Made by a program: the position numbers and the translations under genes. Below, piece by piece: positions 1-12,500 of a DNA stretch of 64,000 bases. The notes beneath the pieces were generated by a model. It worked only from the letters and a program-made list of their open reading frames with translations. It made no database searches and was not told the DNA's origin. Source of the DNA: Geosiphon pyriformis uo1 (lineage: Eukaryota; Fungi; Glomeromycota); the NCBI GenBank assembly GCA_016748015.1, contig JAAOMT010000439.1, positions 145,527 through 209,526 of the forward strand. Direction: 5' to 3'. Each line of letters opens with the position of its first letter. Position 1 is the first letter of the stretch.

Positions 1-87
1 TTTTTTTTTTTTTTTTTTATATTAAAGATAAACATTAAAATAATTCAACTTGAAGAATCTAATTTTGAGGATTTACCTTTGATTACC

Positions 88-132
<45 letters not shown>

Positions 133-3100
133 GCTAATTTTTTTATGAAATGAAAACAGACAAATAAGGCTTAGAATGTTGATATTCATATTTGTCATCC
201 TATTATTGGTGCAAAAAATAAATTGATATAATAAAATTTTCACAAATCTTGCAGAGAACTGGGTTTATTGATTTTTAATTATTACGAATTTTAATTATAA
301 TTACCAAAAATTCAAGGGTCTGTGCGTATCATTATCTCTAATGTTTTTTCAAATATTAGATACTTTCTAAATTCAGAAAAGAAGCCTAATATTTATTTTT
401 AGACCTAAATTTTTTGTAGCAGCTATATATAATTATATAAATTATTTTAGTATTTGAAAGAACAAAAAAGTATTAAACAGATTGTTAAAGTGAAAAAAAA
501 ATTGTTATTACTATTTTATTTTTGGATAAAAACCAGCTTAATATAAGTTTTTATAAGAAAAAATAATTAAATCCACATTTAAAACACAAAAAATAAATTA
601 AAACCAGAAAACAAATTATTTAACCAAAGTATAATCAGAATTTTTTTAAGTAATTATCAAAAATATGTGGTGTTCAAAAGTTTATTTTGAAAGTAAAGAT
701 AAAAAATTTATAAAAAATTTTATAAAAAAAAACATAACTGAAATATTTAATTAATTAAAACATTATTATTAAGACTAATCTTTAACAATATAACACTTTT
801 TATTATTTGATTAATACTATAATTAAAATAAAATCAGATAATAAAACTAATAAATTATTTAATAAAATAAGTTATAATATAAAATGTTGATAATACATAT
901 TGAAAAACCAAAAGTAATAAAAAAATAAATAAATACATACATACATACTTTAAATATTGATAAAAAGTATTTAAAGCTTAAAAAAAAGAAAAAAAAGAGA
1001 AACATATAGAAAAAATAACTAACTATTTATTATAAAGCTATAAAAAAAAGTTGGCTCAATATAAATTAATATTTTTTTTAATTTATAAAGAATTATATAT
1101 ATAGTTAAATTATATAAAATCTATATATTATTTTAAGACTATTTTAAGTATATTAATTATATATATATATTAAATTAATTAATTTAATTATAAGCTTACT
1201 TAATATATTATTTTTTAAAGAACTAATAATTTAAATAATCAGATTTAGATAATTAAATTTAAAATTGTAATTATATATTATTAATACTAATTGTAATTAT
1301 AATTAATATAATCAGACATAAATTAATTAATTATATTTTTTGGTAATAATTTCTAAATAATAATTACAGATTTAAAATATTAAACTGCATAAATAGAGGT
1401 ATATAAAAATTTTAAAGCATAATAAAATTTGTTGTTATTAAATTACATATATTAATCCTTAATTTTTATTGGTGTTTCTTAGTTTGTCAAGATTTTTTTA
1501 TATCTAATTTAATTAAATAATTAAATTGTGATATATTTCTTTGTTATTATTAAGTTAATTATTAATTTTTTATTTTTTATTTACTGGTTAATTTTGTTAA
1601 TTAACATGATAATGTAGGCTTTTTTTACATGATTTTAATAATAATTTTTATGATATATGTTGTAATTTTTGCATTAAAAAACTGTGAAAATTTTTAGTAA
1701 TAACAAAAAAGATAATAATATTTGTTTTATATTTTTTTGCAAAAATAACTTTATTGTATTGTAAAATTATCAGATTGTATTATTTGCTATACAAACCAAT
1801 CTGAAAATTATTTGAAAAATAATTAAAAAAACATTTTTTAAAAAAGAATATAATATTAAAAGGTATTATTATATATATATTTTTTATATTTTTATAAGTA
1901 TTGGTTTATTAATAAGTTTATTGTTGCTAAATAGGCTATTAAAATTGTAAATAATTAAAAATTACTTTTACAAAGTAAAAAAAATTAAGAACAATAAACT
2001 TAATAATACCAATTTAAAAAATTAATTTAATTATTATATTTAGAATATTATTATTAATTAATACTTTAAGAATATAATAATATTATTAATTGTTAAATAA
2101 TTATGTTTTTTGGAACTTATTCAATTACTTTGGTAAATTTGATTAAACTTTATATTAATAATAATTAAGAAGTAAAAATATTAGCATAACAAATATATTA
2201 CAAAAAAATAAACATAAATAGTTAAAAAAAAATGTAAAATTAGTTATAAAGACAATTAAATCATAAAATTAAATAAAATAACAATAAATATAAATATAGA
2301 ACTAGTAAAACAGAAAGATTGTTCTTTTAATATTTTTAATAAACAGTAAAATAAAATATTATTATTATTTACAAAAAAAAATTTTTAAATTTTTTTGAAG
2401 TTTTCTGTTTTTATATAAAGTAAATATTAGAATATAACTTAAAAATATTTAATATAAATATACAGTTAGTGTTTTTATTATTAATTAATTTTTTAATTGC
2501 AGTTTTTTTATTATTGTTGTTATTTTTATGTATTTTATAATTTTATAATTTTTTATTTAATTTACTAATTATTATATTGTTGCTATTTCTAATTATAATA
2601 GCTATTATAATTATTGTATTATCAATAAATATTGAGTTATTATATTAAATTAAAATTTTAATTGATTCTGACTTTACTTATTATATTTTTGTTAGTTGTT
2701 AATTAAATTAAAAATTTTAAAATAAAAGATTAAATAATTAAAAATACTTTTATCTAATATATTTAATTTTTTATCCTATTAAATCAACAAATAATCTTAA
2801 ATATTAGATAATTAAGCAGATTTTTTGTGTCTTAGTAGAACCAATAATAAATTAATAAGTAGTCTTAAATATTAAACAATTAAATAGATTATTTGTGTTT
2901 TAAAATTAGTTTTATAACTTAATAAACAATTTTAATTAACAAAAAACAAAACAAATATTTGCCATATTACTATTTTATCTATATATTAAATCAAAAATTA
3001 CTTTTTTTTATATTTAATATTGTTAAAGTTTTTAATATAAATATTTATAAATATCAAACAATTTTTTTCTCTTATCTATTCAAAATTTTTTAAAGAATCA

Positions 3101-3200
3101 ATTTTTAAAAAAAAGTTTTTATTTTGTTTTTTTTTACTATTTTTTTTTCATAATTTTATAAAACACAAATTTTTTTGTTATTGTTTTAGCAATTATTACT
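1..3200. repeat. Extremely AT-rich decayed repeat/TE desert, family not assignable
   Basis: Almost no G/C, no ORFs in the track, contiguous with recognisable TE relics; (AAT)n at ~87-131. Confidence 0.5.
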
Positions 3201-4443
3201 AATAGTATTATATCTAAAAAAAAGTTAGCTAAAACTTTATTTCAAGTTTTATTAATAATAGTTTAATACAAAAACCTAAAATATTCATTAGCAAAATAAA
3301 ATATTTGAATAATAAAACAAATTTAGAGTTTAAAATACTTTTGTATAATATAAATTAATTTGAAAACATATATACAATTTCTGATAATATAAAAAAAAAC
3401 TTAATAATTTAAGATATTAGTTATAATATTGATAATAAAAATAAAGAGCTTTTGAATTTTTGTATTAATATTTCTAAAATAAAACAGTTTAATATTGACA
3501 AAACAGTAGTTTTTTTTCTTAGCTTTTATAATTTTGATATTAATGATAAGAATATTTTTTTTTTTCTCTAATTAACATATCTTTAAACAAAAAATAGATT
3601 AATCTTAAAATTATAAAAATTTTAGTTAAAGTAATTATTAAAAAATTTTTTGCTTTAAATATTAATCTCTTAGCAGTTAAAAACAAATCAATTATAATTA
3701 AAATACAGATTATTAAAAAAATTTTTTTAAAAATTAATAATTTTAAAAAATTTATTATCTTTTTAAAATTCGAAAAATTTATTTAATTTATATTTATTTT
3801 AAAAAATAGCATAAAACAAACAGCTTTATTGGTTAGTAAAAAAAAGATTTAAGTTAATAACAATTTTAAAAAACAGAATATTTATTCAAATTAAATTGTA
3901 ATTATTAAAAAAATTTTATAAATATGTTTAAAGAAAAGATTGTTTTGGTTTTATTTAAATATAATTAAATTATGTTTATTAATTACAGTTTATTGAACTA
4001 TAACAAAAGATTGTAATAGAATTTGTTAAATTAAACTAAACCAATAATTTTGTTAAAAAATAATTTGTATTAATTAAAAAAATTTAATGTATATAGTTAA
4101 GACTATTTTAAATTAAGTTATTTAGATTTCAAAAAATCAATTTAAAGTACTTTTGTTTATGTTGCCTATAAAAACAATTATTTATAATTTGGGCTTATTG
4201 TTAAAAAATATTGTTATTAGAGATTTTTTTACACTTTTTTTTTATTGTTAATATTATTTTTCCTATTAATTTTATTGTTAATAAAAGTTAATAAATTTTT
4301 AATAAGTTAATTTTTTTTCAAAGTATTTCTTTATACTTTGAACTATATATATTATTAGATTTATAATAAAATATCCAATTTTATTTCAATTACTTGTATA
4401 GTTACTTTGTAATAAAAGTCAATTTTTTATAAAAAAATCTTAT
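3200..4443 (+). pseudogene. Heavily hypermutated non-LTR retrotransposon (LINE) ORF1 relic
   Basis: 3640-4195 translates as KKFFALNINLLAVKNKSIIIKIQIIKKIFLKINNF...QKIVIEFVKLN...NQFKVLLFMLPIKTIIYNLG. This is a G>A/C>T-converted version of a LINE ORF1 recalled from Glomeromycotina repeats (KSFALDINLSAVEGKS...QKAVVEFA...RFRALLFTLPVGTTAHDLG). Confidence 0.6.
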
Positions 4444-4447
4444 TTGT

Positions 4448-4900
4448 TGTTACTCATAAAAATTAGAAATTATAATAATAGGTAAAATAGCCAATTAAAA
4501 ATAAATGTAATAAAAAAAAATTCCAGGATTTTAAGATTTTTTTTAAAAAAATTGAAAAATTTCAAGAAATCTTATATAATATAAATTATGTATATATAGC
4601 AAAAGTATTAAAAGCAGAAAAAATAATTCCAGAAGAATTCAATAGAATTGAGAATTTGAAATAGAGTTTAGAATAACAATATTTCTCTTTTTAAAAGATA
4701 GTATTTTATAACTTGAAGTAGAATTACATTAATATTAATAAAATATCTAATTATTATCCAATCTATATTATTATTACTTGATTAAAAATATTAATTATTT
4801 TTATATTATTAATACTTTATGTTAATAGAATTTAATACTTAATCACATTAAAACAATAGCTTTTGATCATGGCTATTAATGAAATACTAATTTTTTATTT

Positions 4901-4931
<31 letters not shown>

Positions 4932-5255
4932 GTTTCTTTGTTATTTACTAATTAATTAAAAAGATTAAGTATTGAATATTTAATGTTAAGAATAGTCTAA
5001 TAAAAAACCTAAAAACAAAAGTAAAAATTTAAGAATAGCTTACCAAAAAGGCATAACTGCCAGAATAAACTGGCCACTATGTTAAAAAAAAATTTACAAA
5101 AGAAACTATTAATTGAATCTTTGTCTATTATATAAAAGACTCAATTAAAACCTTTATACTCCAAAATTTTCAAAAATTACTAATATTCCTAGCTATTAAG
5201 CATTAAGTTACAAGTTTTTTATTTGTTTCAACACCTTAAATAATTATCTGTAATA
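4448..5255 (+). mobile_element. Solo LTR related to the Gypsy LTRs downstream, 4-bp TSD TTGT
   Basis: Starts TGTTACTCATA and ends ATCTGTAATA; shares blocks with 8640-9530 (ATTATGTATATATAGCA, AACAATAGCTYTTGATCATGRCTATT, ATAGCTTACCA); TTGT at 4444-4447 and 5256-5259. Confidence 0.85.
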
Positions 5256-5425
5256 TTGTAAGTTTTTAAAAATATATGTAGTTACAGTGAATTCTCTTTA
5301 TAATCACACCTTTTAGTTAGCATATTTGTGGTAACTATAGAGAGATGGGACTATAAAAAATGATTAATATCTTATTACATGATCTATATATTACATGCAT
5401 AATATAATAACCAATTATATATATT

Positions 5426-6985
5426 TTATTTAAAAAAGCTATCTATTTGCAACTGTTTTTTTTCTTCTTGAACTTTGAGAACAGTATTACAAATTAATGT
5501 TCTCAAAGTTTTAAAAAAGTCTGAATCAACTTTTTCACTATACTGCTCTTCACAATAGTGCAATGTATCTTCAAGTACAGTTTTATCTTGATGTATAGAT
5601 AGCAAAGGCAAAGGTTTATCTTCATCTTCACTTTCTAAATTTTCATTTGTATTAGAATTTCTACTATATTTGTTGTTAATAAGATCCACAATTTTATTCT
5701 CTAAGGCATAAGTGAATAATGGTTCAAACTTGTCAATATTAATGAAGTTTATTGCCAATAGTTTGTTAATATCAACATGCTCAATAAGAACTTGTACTTC
5801 TTGTAGGAGTTTTTGTTCAATATCTAATAAATGGGCTGGCATTTAACTATTATTCAGAATTCTTGTATGACATCAACAGTTTTGGATTGTAGTTGTTGTT
5901 ACTACTGATTATGCATCAATTAGAAAGTCAACCACATTCTTTAATGTTACTATTAATATTAAAATTTTGTCATCATACTGATTAATAAGATGAAAAAGAA
6001 ACAACTTTTGGTATTGTGTCTTAAAAGATGCAATAATTCCTGTATTTAATAGTTGCAAATAGGATGTTGTATTAAATGGTAGGTATTTAATCATAATATT
6101 AGATAATACAAAAGGTTCTCTACCATGAGGACCAGTATTATTAAACAATAACAAAATCTTTTTTTTCTTGTGATGCATTTCTTCATTTAATAAATTAAGC
6201 CATTTACTAAAAATATCAGTTTGCATTCATGCTTTTGTATTGTAATGATAAGTGATTAGAAGTACATTCATATTAATATTGCAAAAACATCATGGCTTTG
6301 TGGCTTTGCTGATAATTAAAGACTGCAACTTGATGCTGCCTGTTGCATTACAAGCAAGAAGTATGGTAATTTGACTCTTATCATGCTTGGTACCAGAAAT
6401 AGATCTTGTTGCCAAAGTTGCATTTGGTGGTATTCTAAAGAATAATGCTGTCTTATTGGCATTGTAAACATTATTTAGATCATATTTGCTGATAATTTCA
6501 CACAGTTTGTTTCATTCCTCTGGTAAAATTTCCAAGAAGGCACTGTTTGCTTCACCATACATCTTAATATGGTGCAAATTATGACGTTTCTTGAACTTTT
6601 CTAACCAACTATCTGATGCTTTAAAGTTATTTTCTTCTGAAAACTTTTCAGCAAACTTAAAGACTTTTATTTGTAAAATTTTTCCAGTAAAAATGCAGTT
6701 GATAACTAGTGCTTCAAGCATCCATTCTCCCAATACATCATTTATCTTTGGAAACATCTCTTTCCTGTTCTTTGTCAATTGATCAGAGTTGCCAGATACA
6801 TTTTTTTCAATCCATTAGTCTGATTTTGCGAATATCTTTGTTATAGTAGAGTGGTCAACCTTTAGATTAAATATTTCGATAAGTTTATTTGCTGAATAGT
6901 TAGAATGCTTTAGTTTGTACTGGCAAAGAGCCTTTTTAGTCTCCAAGGAGATTGCTGTTTGCTTTTGGTTCATGTTTTTTGGCAT
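5426..6985 (-). pseudogene. CENP-B/Tigger-type DDE_1 transposase pseudogene
   Basis: MPKNMNQKQTAISLETKKALC HTH; FKASDSWLEKFKKRH (HTH CENPB); YNANKTALF (from NADET); LLFNNTGPH and LQLLNTGII (catalytic Asp positions changed to Asn); several in-frame stops. Confidence 0.9.
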
Positions 6986-7379
6986 GTTAATAAGAACACA
7001 CTTTTTATTGCATTTTGCTTTTATAATGCATTGATGTATCTGTTATGTCTTAAATGTCATTTTGTCTTATATCTAATCAGACATGTGAGGTGTCTCATAT
7101 CATATGAGGTGTCTCAGATTATAAAAAGTGGCCAAATTATAAAAATGAAGGTTTTAATCCAACTGTAAAATTCTAAGTACAAATAACAGATTTTCAGTAA
7201 AAAAAAAACTAATTTTGATAATGCATCTGCAATACTTTTTGCCTCTTACTCCCAACTGATGATTAATAATGAAGGCTGTTAATTTGATCCTCCACATATT
7301 TGCATAATTGTGTAAAAGATAGCACAATATTATGTTGTCAAGCTCTTCAAACACAGCAATACCTATATCAATTGAAATA

Positions 7380-8300
7380 TTGATATAAAATACTTTGCAC
7401 AATATCAAGAATATCAAAGTGAAAGTCAACTGCAGTTTTTTAAAAAATGTCCTGATTATCATAAGTCGTGAGATTCAATATGTAATATATATAGACATAT
7501 AATGGCTTTCAAATTAATATAGCCATATGTTGTTTTTAAGGAAAATCTATCTGTTGAAGATTACTTAGAATGGGCCCAAAATGAAACAGATCCCACATTC
7601 AGGTTAAAGTATAAACAAGTCTTTTTTTATTTACAAGCAATTATTAACTTTCACACTGGAGTTTGTTTCAATAAGTCTTTATTAAAACTTGTAGCTAGAT
7701 AAATGTTTGCACCAATTTGGTCTGCTTGGCACTATCTTATTTACCAATTAATTGAAATTGCTAATAAAAAACAATGGCTATGATTAAAGCCTGAAGTTTG
7801 CAAGCTGATTCAAGAAAAAATTGTAATTTCTTGATCTAAACTTTCAAATCAACATCAAGGCCATAATGCAATACTTAAAAAAATTAACAAAATGCTTAAA
7901 TTGTTGATTCCTTCTACACCTTTACAATGGCATTGGGAAATTGCAGTGCATAACTGTATCAAATTTGAGAAATTGTGTACTAATCTTTTTAATATTATCG
8001 GATATTCTAAAAGTAAAATATATAGGTCTTATACACATTCTAGCTTTATTGCTGAATTAAATTGATTTCGAATTCAGATAAGAAAGACACAGTTTGTAAA
8101 TTCAAATGTTTCTAATTGTGTTTTTTGTAATATTGGCCATGAATAGATATTAAGTAAAGAAATGAAAAAATTCAGTGAAATTGCACGGATGAAAAAAATA
8201 GACTTTTTTAAAGCAAGGTGAATTAAGAAAACATTGTTAGGTACTTGGAAACCAATTCCAATAACAAGTGAAAAAACAGATCATCAAAAAATATAAATCT
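7380..8300 (+). pseudogene. Degenerate fragment of a repetitive hypothetical-protein family carried inside the pogo element
   Basis: Stop-interrupted frame IDIKYFAQYQEYQSESQLQFFKKCPDYHKS*DSICNIYRH...FFYLQAIINFHTGV...NQHQGHNAILKKINK...; stops explained by single transitions. Confidence 0.55.
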
Positions 8301-8639
8301 GTTAATAAAATCACAACTATTATTTATTATTAACTCTCTAATACCTCTTTTAAGTGATCAATTTTTTAAAGCTTATCAAGTTAATTGTGTAACAGCCTAA
8401 TAAATATCCTTTAAGAAATTAGAAATATATTGTATTGTGTATAGTTTTGTTTACATTGAGTTGGGTGTATTACCATTTATAATTGGCATTTTTAAAACAT
8501 GATATATTAAGTCTAAGTCCGAATCTCTATTCTGCATGATTATGTTTAAATTATGAAAAGCATTCAACACAGATTTATTTGCCCCAAAAAAGTTGATTTT
8601 TAATATATCTTTAAAACTATCAGTCAAATTTTTGCTTGC

Positions 8640-9530
8640 TGTTACTCATAGAATATAGAAAATATAGTATTATTAGTCAGTAGATATTAGCCAATCAGAA
8701 GTAGACATAGTAAATGTGGAATTCCAAAATTCTTTTCAGAGAAATTGCAGGATTCCAGAAATTTCAGGATTCCCTGACAAGGAATTGCAGGATTCCAGAA
8801 TTCCAGGATTCCTCTCATCAGGAATTACAGGATTCCAGGAATTCCAGGATTCCTGTCGCAAAGAATTGAGGAATTGAGAAATCTCAATTATGTATATATA
8901 GCAGTAGGATTAGAAGCTGAAAAGACAGACCTCTCAGTTTAGAATTAATCTAAGCAACATTCTAGTTTCCAATCATCAAATAAATAATTATTCCATATCT
9001 CAACCCACTCTCCACTATCAGCACTTCATGTTAATAGTAATTGATACTTAACCATGCTAGAACAATAGCTCTTGATCATGACTATTGACGAGATACTAAC
9101 ATACCAAATTGCCTTGGCTTATTTTCTCTATTTTCTTTATTTTTTATTTTCTTTATTTTATTTTCTTTCTTTCTTTGATTTTGTTATTATATACTAATTG
9201 ATTAAAAAATTAAGTACTGAGTTATTGATGTCAAGGATAGCCTGGTAAAAGACCCAGAAATAAGGGTAGGATTTTATATATTATTGGATAGCTTACCAGA
9301 AGAGCATGACTGCCAGACTAAATCTGGCCATCATGCTGAAAAAAAATTGGAAAAACTATTAGAAAGATACATCTACTATCGACACTATTGAATCTCTGTC
9401 TGTTATACAAAAGACTCTATCAAAACTTTCAGATACAACACTTACAGAACATCATCAATGAAAGTAGCTTTTGAGCACCAAGTTACGGATTTGTTATTTA
9501 ATTCAACAGCAAAAATAATCATCTGTAACA
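8640..9530 (+). repeat. 5' LTR
   Basis: TGTTAC...GTAACA inverted termini; CCAAT box ~8691; TATA-like TATATATA ~8893; about 91% identical to 17937-18828 by hand alignment. Confidence 0.97.
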
Positions 9531-9532
9531 TT

Positions 9533-9550
9533 TGGTGCTCCCTGTGAGAT
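9533..9550 (+). promoter_or_regulatory. tRNA primer-binding site TGGTGCTCCCTGTGAGAT
   Basis: 2 nt after the LTR, begins TGG (pairs with tRNA CCA); resembles the complement of Ile(UAU) or elongator Met tRNA 3' ends, identity uncertain. Confidence 0.85.
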
Positions 9551-12500
9551 ATAATCCTACAGAGAACTAGCACCAACAAACACCATCCAAAAGTGGCAGA
9601 ATCAGAAAATATAGGAGCAAACCATTTAGAATTCGCAAAATTCTTATTTCAACACTATTGTCAATACTTGGAATTAAACCACAATCATATATCCACCGAA
9701 TCAGCCTTCAATTTCTACATCAACGAAAAGATTTCCTTTTTATTAAGAACACCAGTGAATACTGAATCAGCAAGGGAAACTTTCTATAAGGAGTTAATTC
9801 AAAACACCAACTTACCAACAAATCATAATTTCACATCTATCATCACTAAGATCAACAAAAAAATTGAACATCACACTCAACAAAGATATCCAATTACATA
9901 TGCTAGTAAAGGCAAGAGAAAATTACAAACACCAGCAGTAATACTCAGAAAAATACAGCCACCTACTTGGAAGAAAAACAGAATTGAATCCCCAAGCAAT
10001 CCATCCTACCACTATACACCTGGAAGCACCATCAACATATTATCAACAGATGTGTTCCCATCAACTGCAACATCAGCATTTGGACAATTCCTATTCTAAA
10101 GTAGACAAAGGAAAACAGAATTATTAAAACCATACAGCGAATACTTTGAGGGATTTAATTCGCGATCATCAACCCCATTAGGACTTTGATCATTACCGCC
10201 TCCATTAGATTTCGGAATCTCTGATCCATGGAAAGCAGCAGAATCAAAAAAAAAAGAAGAAGAATCAGAAGATCAAGAATTCACTTACCAGTATCTGATT
10301 ACTGAAAACCCGGAAGTTGAAACCCCAAATTTTCAAACTTAGCAAAATCTAAATCTAGAAAATTCAGAAATCGAAACTTCAAATCATCAAAGGCAGAACA
10401 ATCCAAACCCCAAATTAATTAATCAGCAAAACTTACCTTCAGTAATCGTCATCGATTAACCACCAATTAATCCCATAGCCAAACCCATACAACAGCCACT
10501 TCAATTACCACCTTAACAACCAGTACAACAACAACTGCTTCAACAGCTACCACAACCACCTAACTTAGATCCAATGGCCTATGTACCAATCGCAAAACTT
10601 GACAACTTTACTGGCGAAGAGGAAGATGCTTAAGTATGGCTGAATGATGTAGAAAAGGCCATCACAGCCAACAGATAGAATAATGCCCAAGCAATATAAG
10701 CCATTCCCTACTTTTCCAAGAATACTGCCAATTCATGGTATCAGAGCTTGGTTAATAAACCACAAGATTTCAATGCCTTCAAAGTGGAATTCCTAAGATA
10801 CTTCAGTAACAATAACAGCATCAATCATCTAGTCAATATATTTACCACCATGAAACAAAGAGAAACTAAAGCAGTCACCACTTACCTGAGATGCTTCCAT
10901 CAAAACCTGTGCCAAATTCAAGCAATTGACACCAACTATTTCACAGCACCACAGATACTCAATCAGTTTATTCGTGGCCTGTGCAGCAGCATCTTGCAAC
11001 ATGTATGTCTGTTGTATCCAGGCACTCTTTAAGATGCAGTTACATGCACCAGAGATTTTGAATCCGCTGAGTCAGAGGCTAACCATGTCCAAGCTGTTAA
11101 TCTAGTAATGAACAAATCATCTGAATTGGATTCCAAATTGGAGAAGTTCAGTGAATCAATTAATAAGAGATTGGAAGAATACTTAGCTGACAATCACACC
11201 ATTTATCAGCCTCCACAATGACGCAATAATCAAAGAAACTCTAATCGTGCCCAAAATCAACCATGTCCATCTTCATTGACCAATCAACAGTGGTAATAGG
11301 AAATACGTATTTGCCACTATTGTGGTAAACAAAGACATATCCAAATTGACTGTCACCAGCATTTAAATAGCCAACGATCAGGAAATCAATATTGAAACCC
11401 TGATTGCAGTTCCAAACTCCGAATCAGTACCCAAATCAAAACCAATCCACTTATCTACTACTGACGCAGTTATCAATCTATCAGTCTCCAGTGTATCAAG
11501 CTCCAATCTATCAACCACAGCCACAAGTGATTTATTAACAACCACAGCCACAAATAATCTATCAACCCCAACAAATCCAAACACCACCCCAAAGCTTACT
11601 ACCCAATGGAACCCAAAAACTGAGAATGACTTAACAGAGCTGAAGATCAGCGATGGTAGTCCATCAACTGATCTCCAGTTCTTCACAGCAACCATCTGGA
11701 TTATGCCAGCAGAATTCAGGTACTGGTTAACTCCAGAACCCAAATTTTCAGAACTATTTAAGTCTTCTGGTTACCCCAGAAGACACCTCAACCAATAACC
11801 TGGCATTTGCCCAAAAACAACTACTTACCAGTAATATCCCATTTGCTACCATCACCGAAGACGAGTTGTTGACTGCTATATTCCCATTCAAATTCAAGAA
11901 AACAACTATAATACCATTATTTAGTGGAGCCACTCTTGAAGCCAAACCAATTACCATGATGTACACTAATGCCAAAGTCGAGAGACAATCCATCAAATTG
12001 ATCCTTGACAGTGGTTCAGCAGGCAGCATCATCACATGACAACTCATGGATCAATTAGGTCACTGAGTTGATCGAGCTGCTAGCGCCAGAATCATCACAG
12101 CTGATGAAGCAACCAAAACTCTAATTGGCAAAATCGATGACTTTCCTTTTAAAGTCAATGGCATCATGACTCCTATTAAAGTTCTAGTGATAGAAGCCAC
12201 TTAATACCAAGTTCTTGTTAGTAATAACTGGCTATTCAAAGTCAATGCAACATTAGACTGAAATACCCAGGAACTCCAGCTAACATATCAGGGCCGACAC
12301 ATACATGTACCAGCCATGTGTGGCCATTTCAAAACTTCTCCAAGAGAGAAATTATTGATCGAACTGGAGGAGGAGAAAGAGAAACCTACCTGAGAAGCTT
12401 ACCAAGTCTCCTGGGCCAACGCTGACCACAACAAACTACCACTAATACTCTCGTGGAACGACAATCCTAAGGAAAAGCAAAAAGAGGAACTGATCTGGAA

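Noticed and set aside
8718-8880. CRISPR-like appearance of the GAATTCCAGGATTCC repeats
   Set aside because: No unique spacers, eukaryotic LTR context, no cas genes
11390-11420. Programmed -1 gag/pol frameshift at the frame change after the zinc knuckle
   Set aside because: No canonical slippery heptamer; a shift at AAACCCT meets TGA at once; a 1-nt deletion in this copy is simpler
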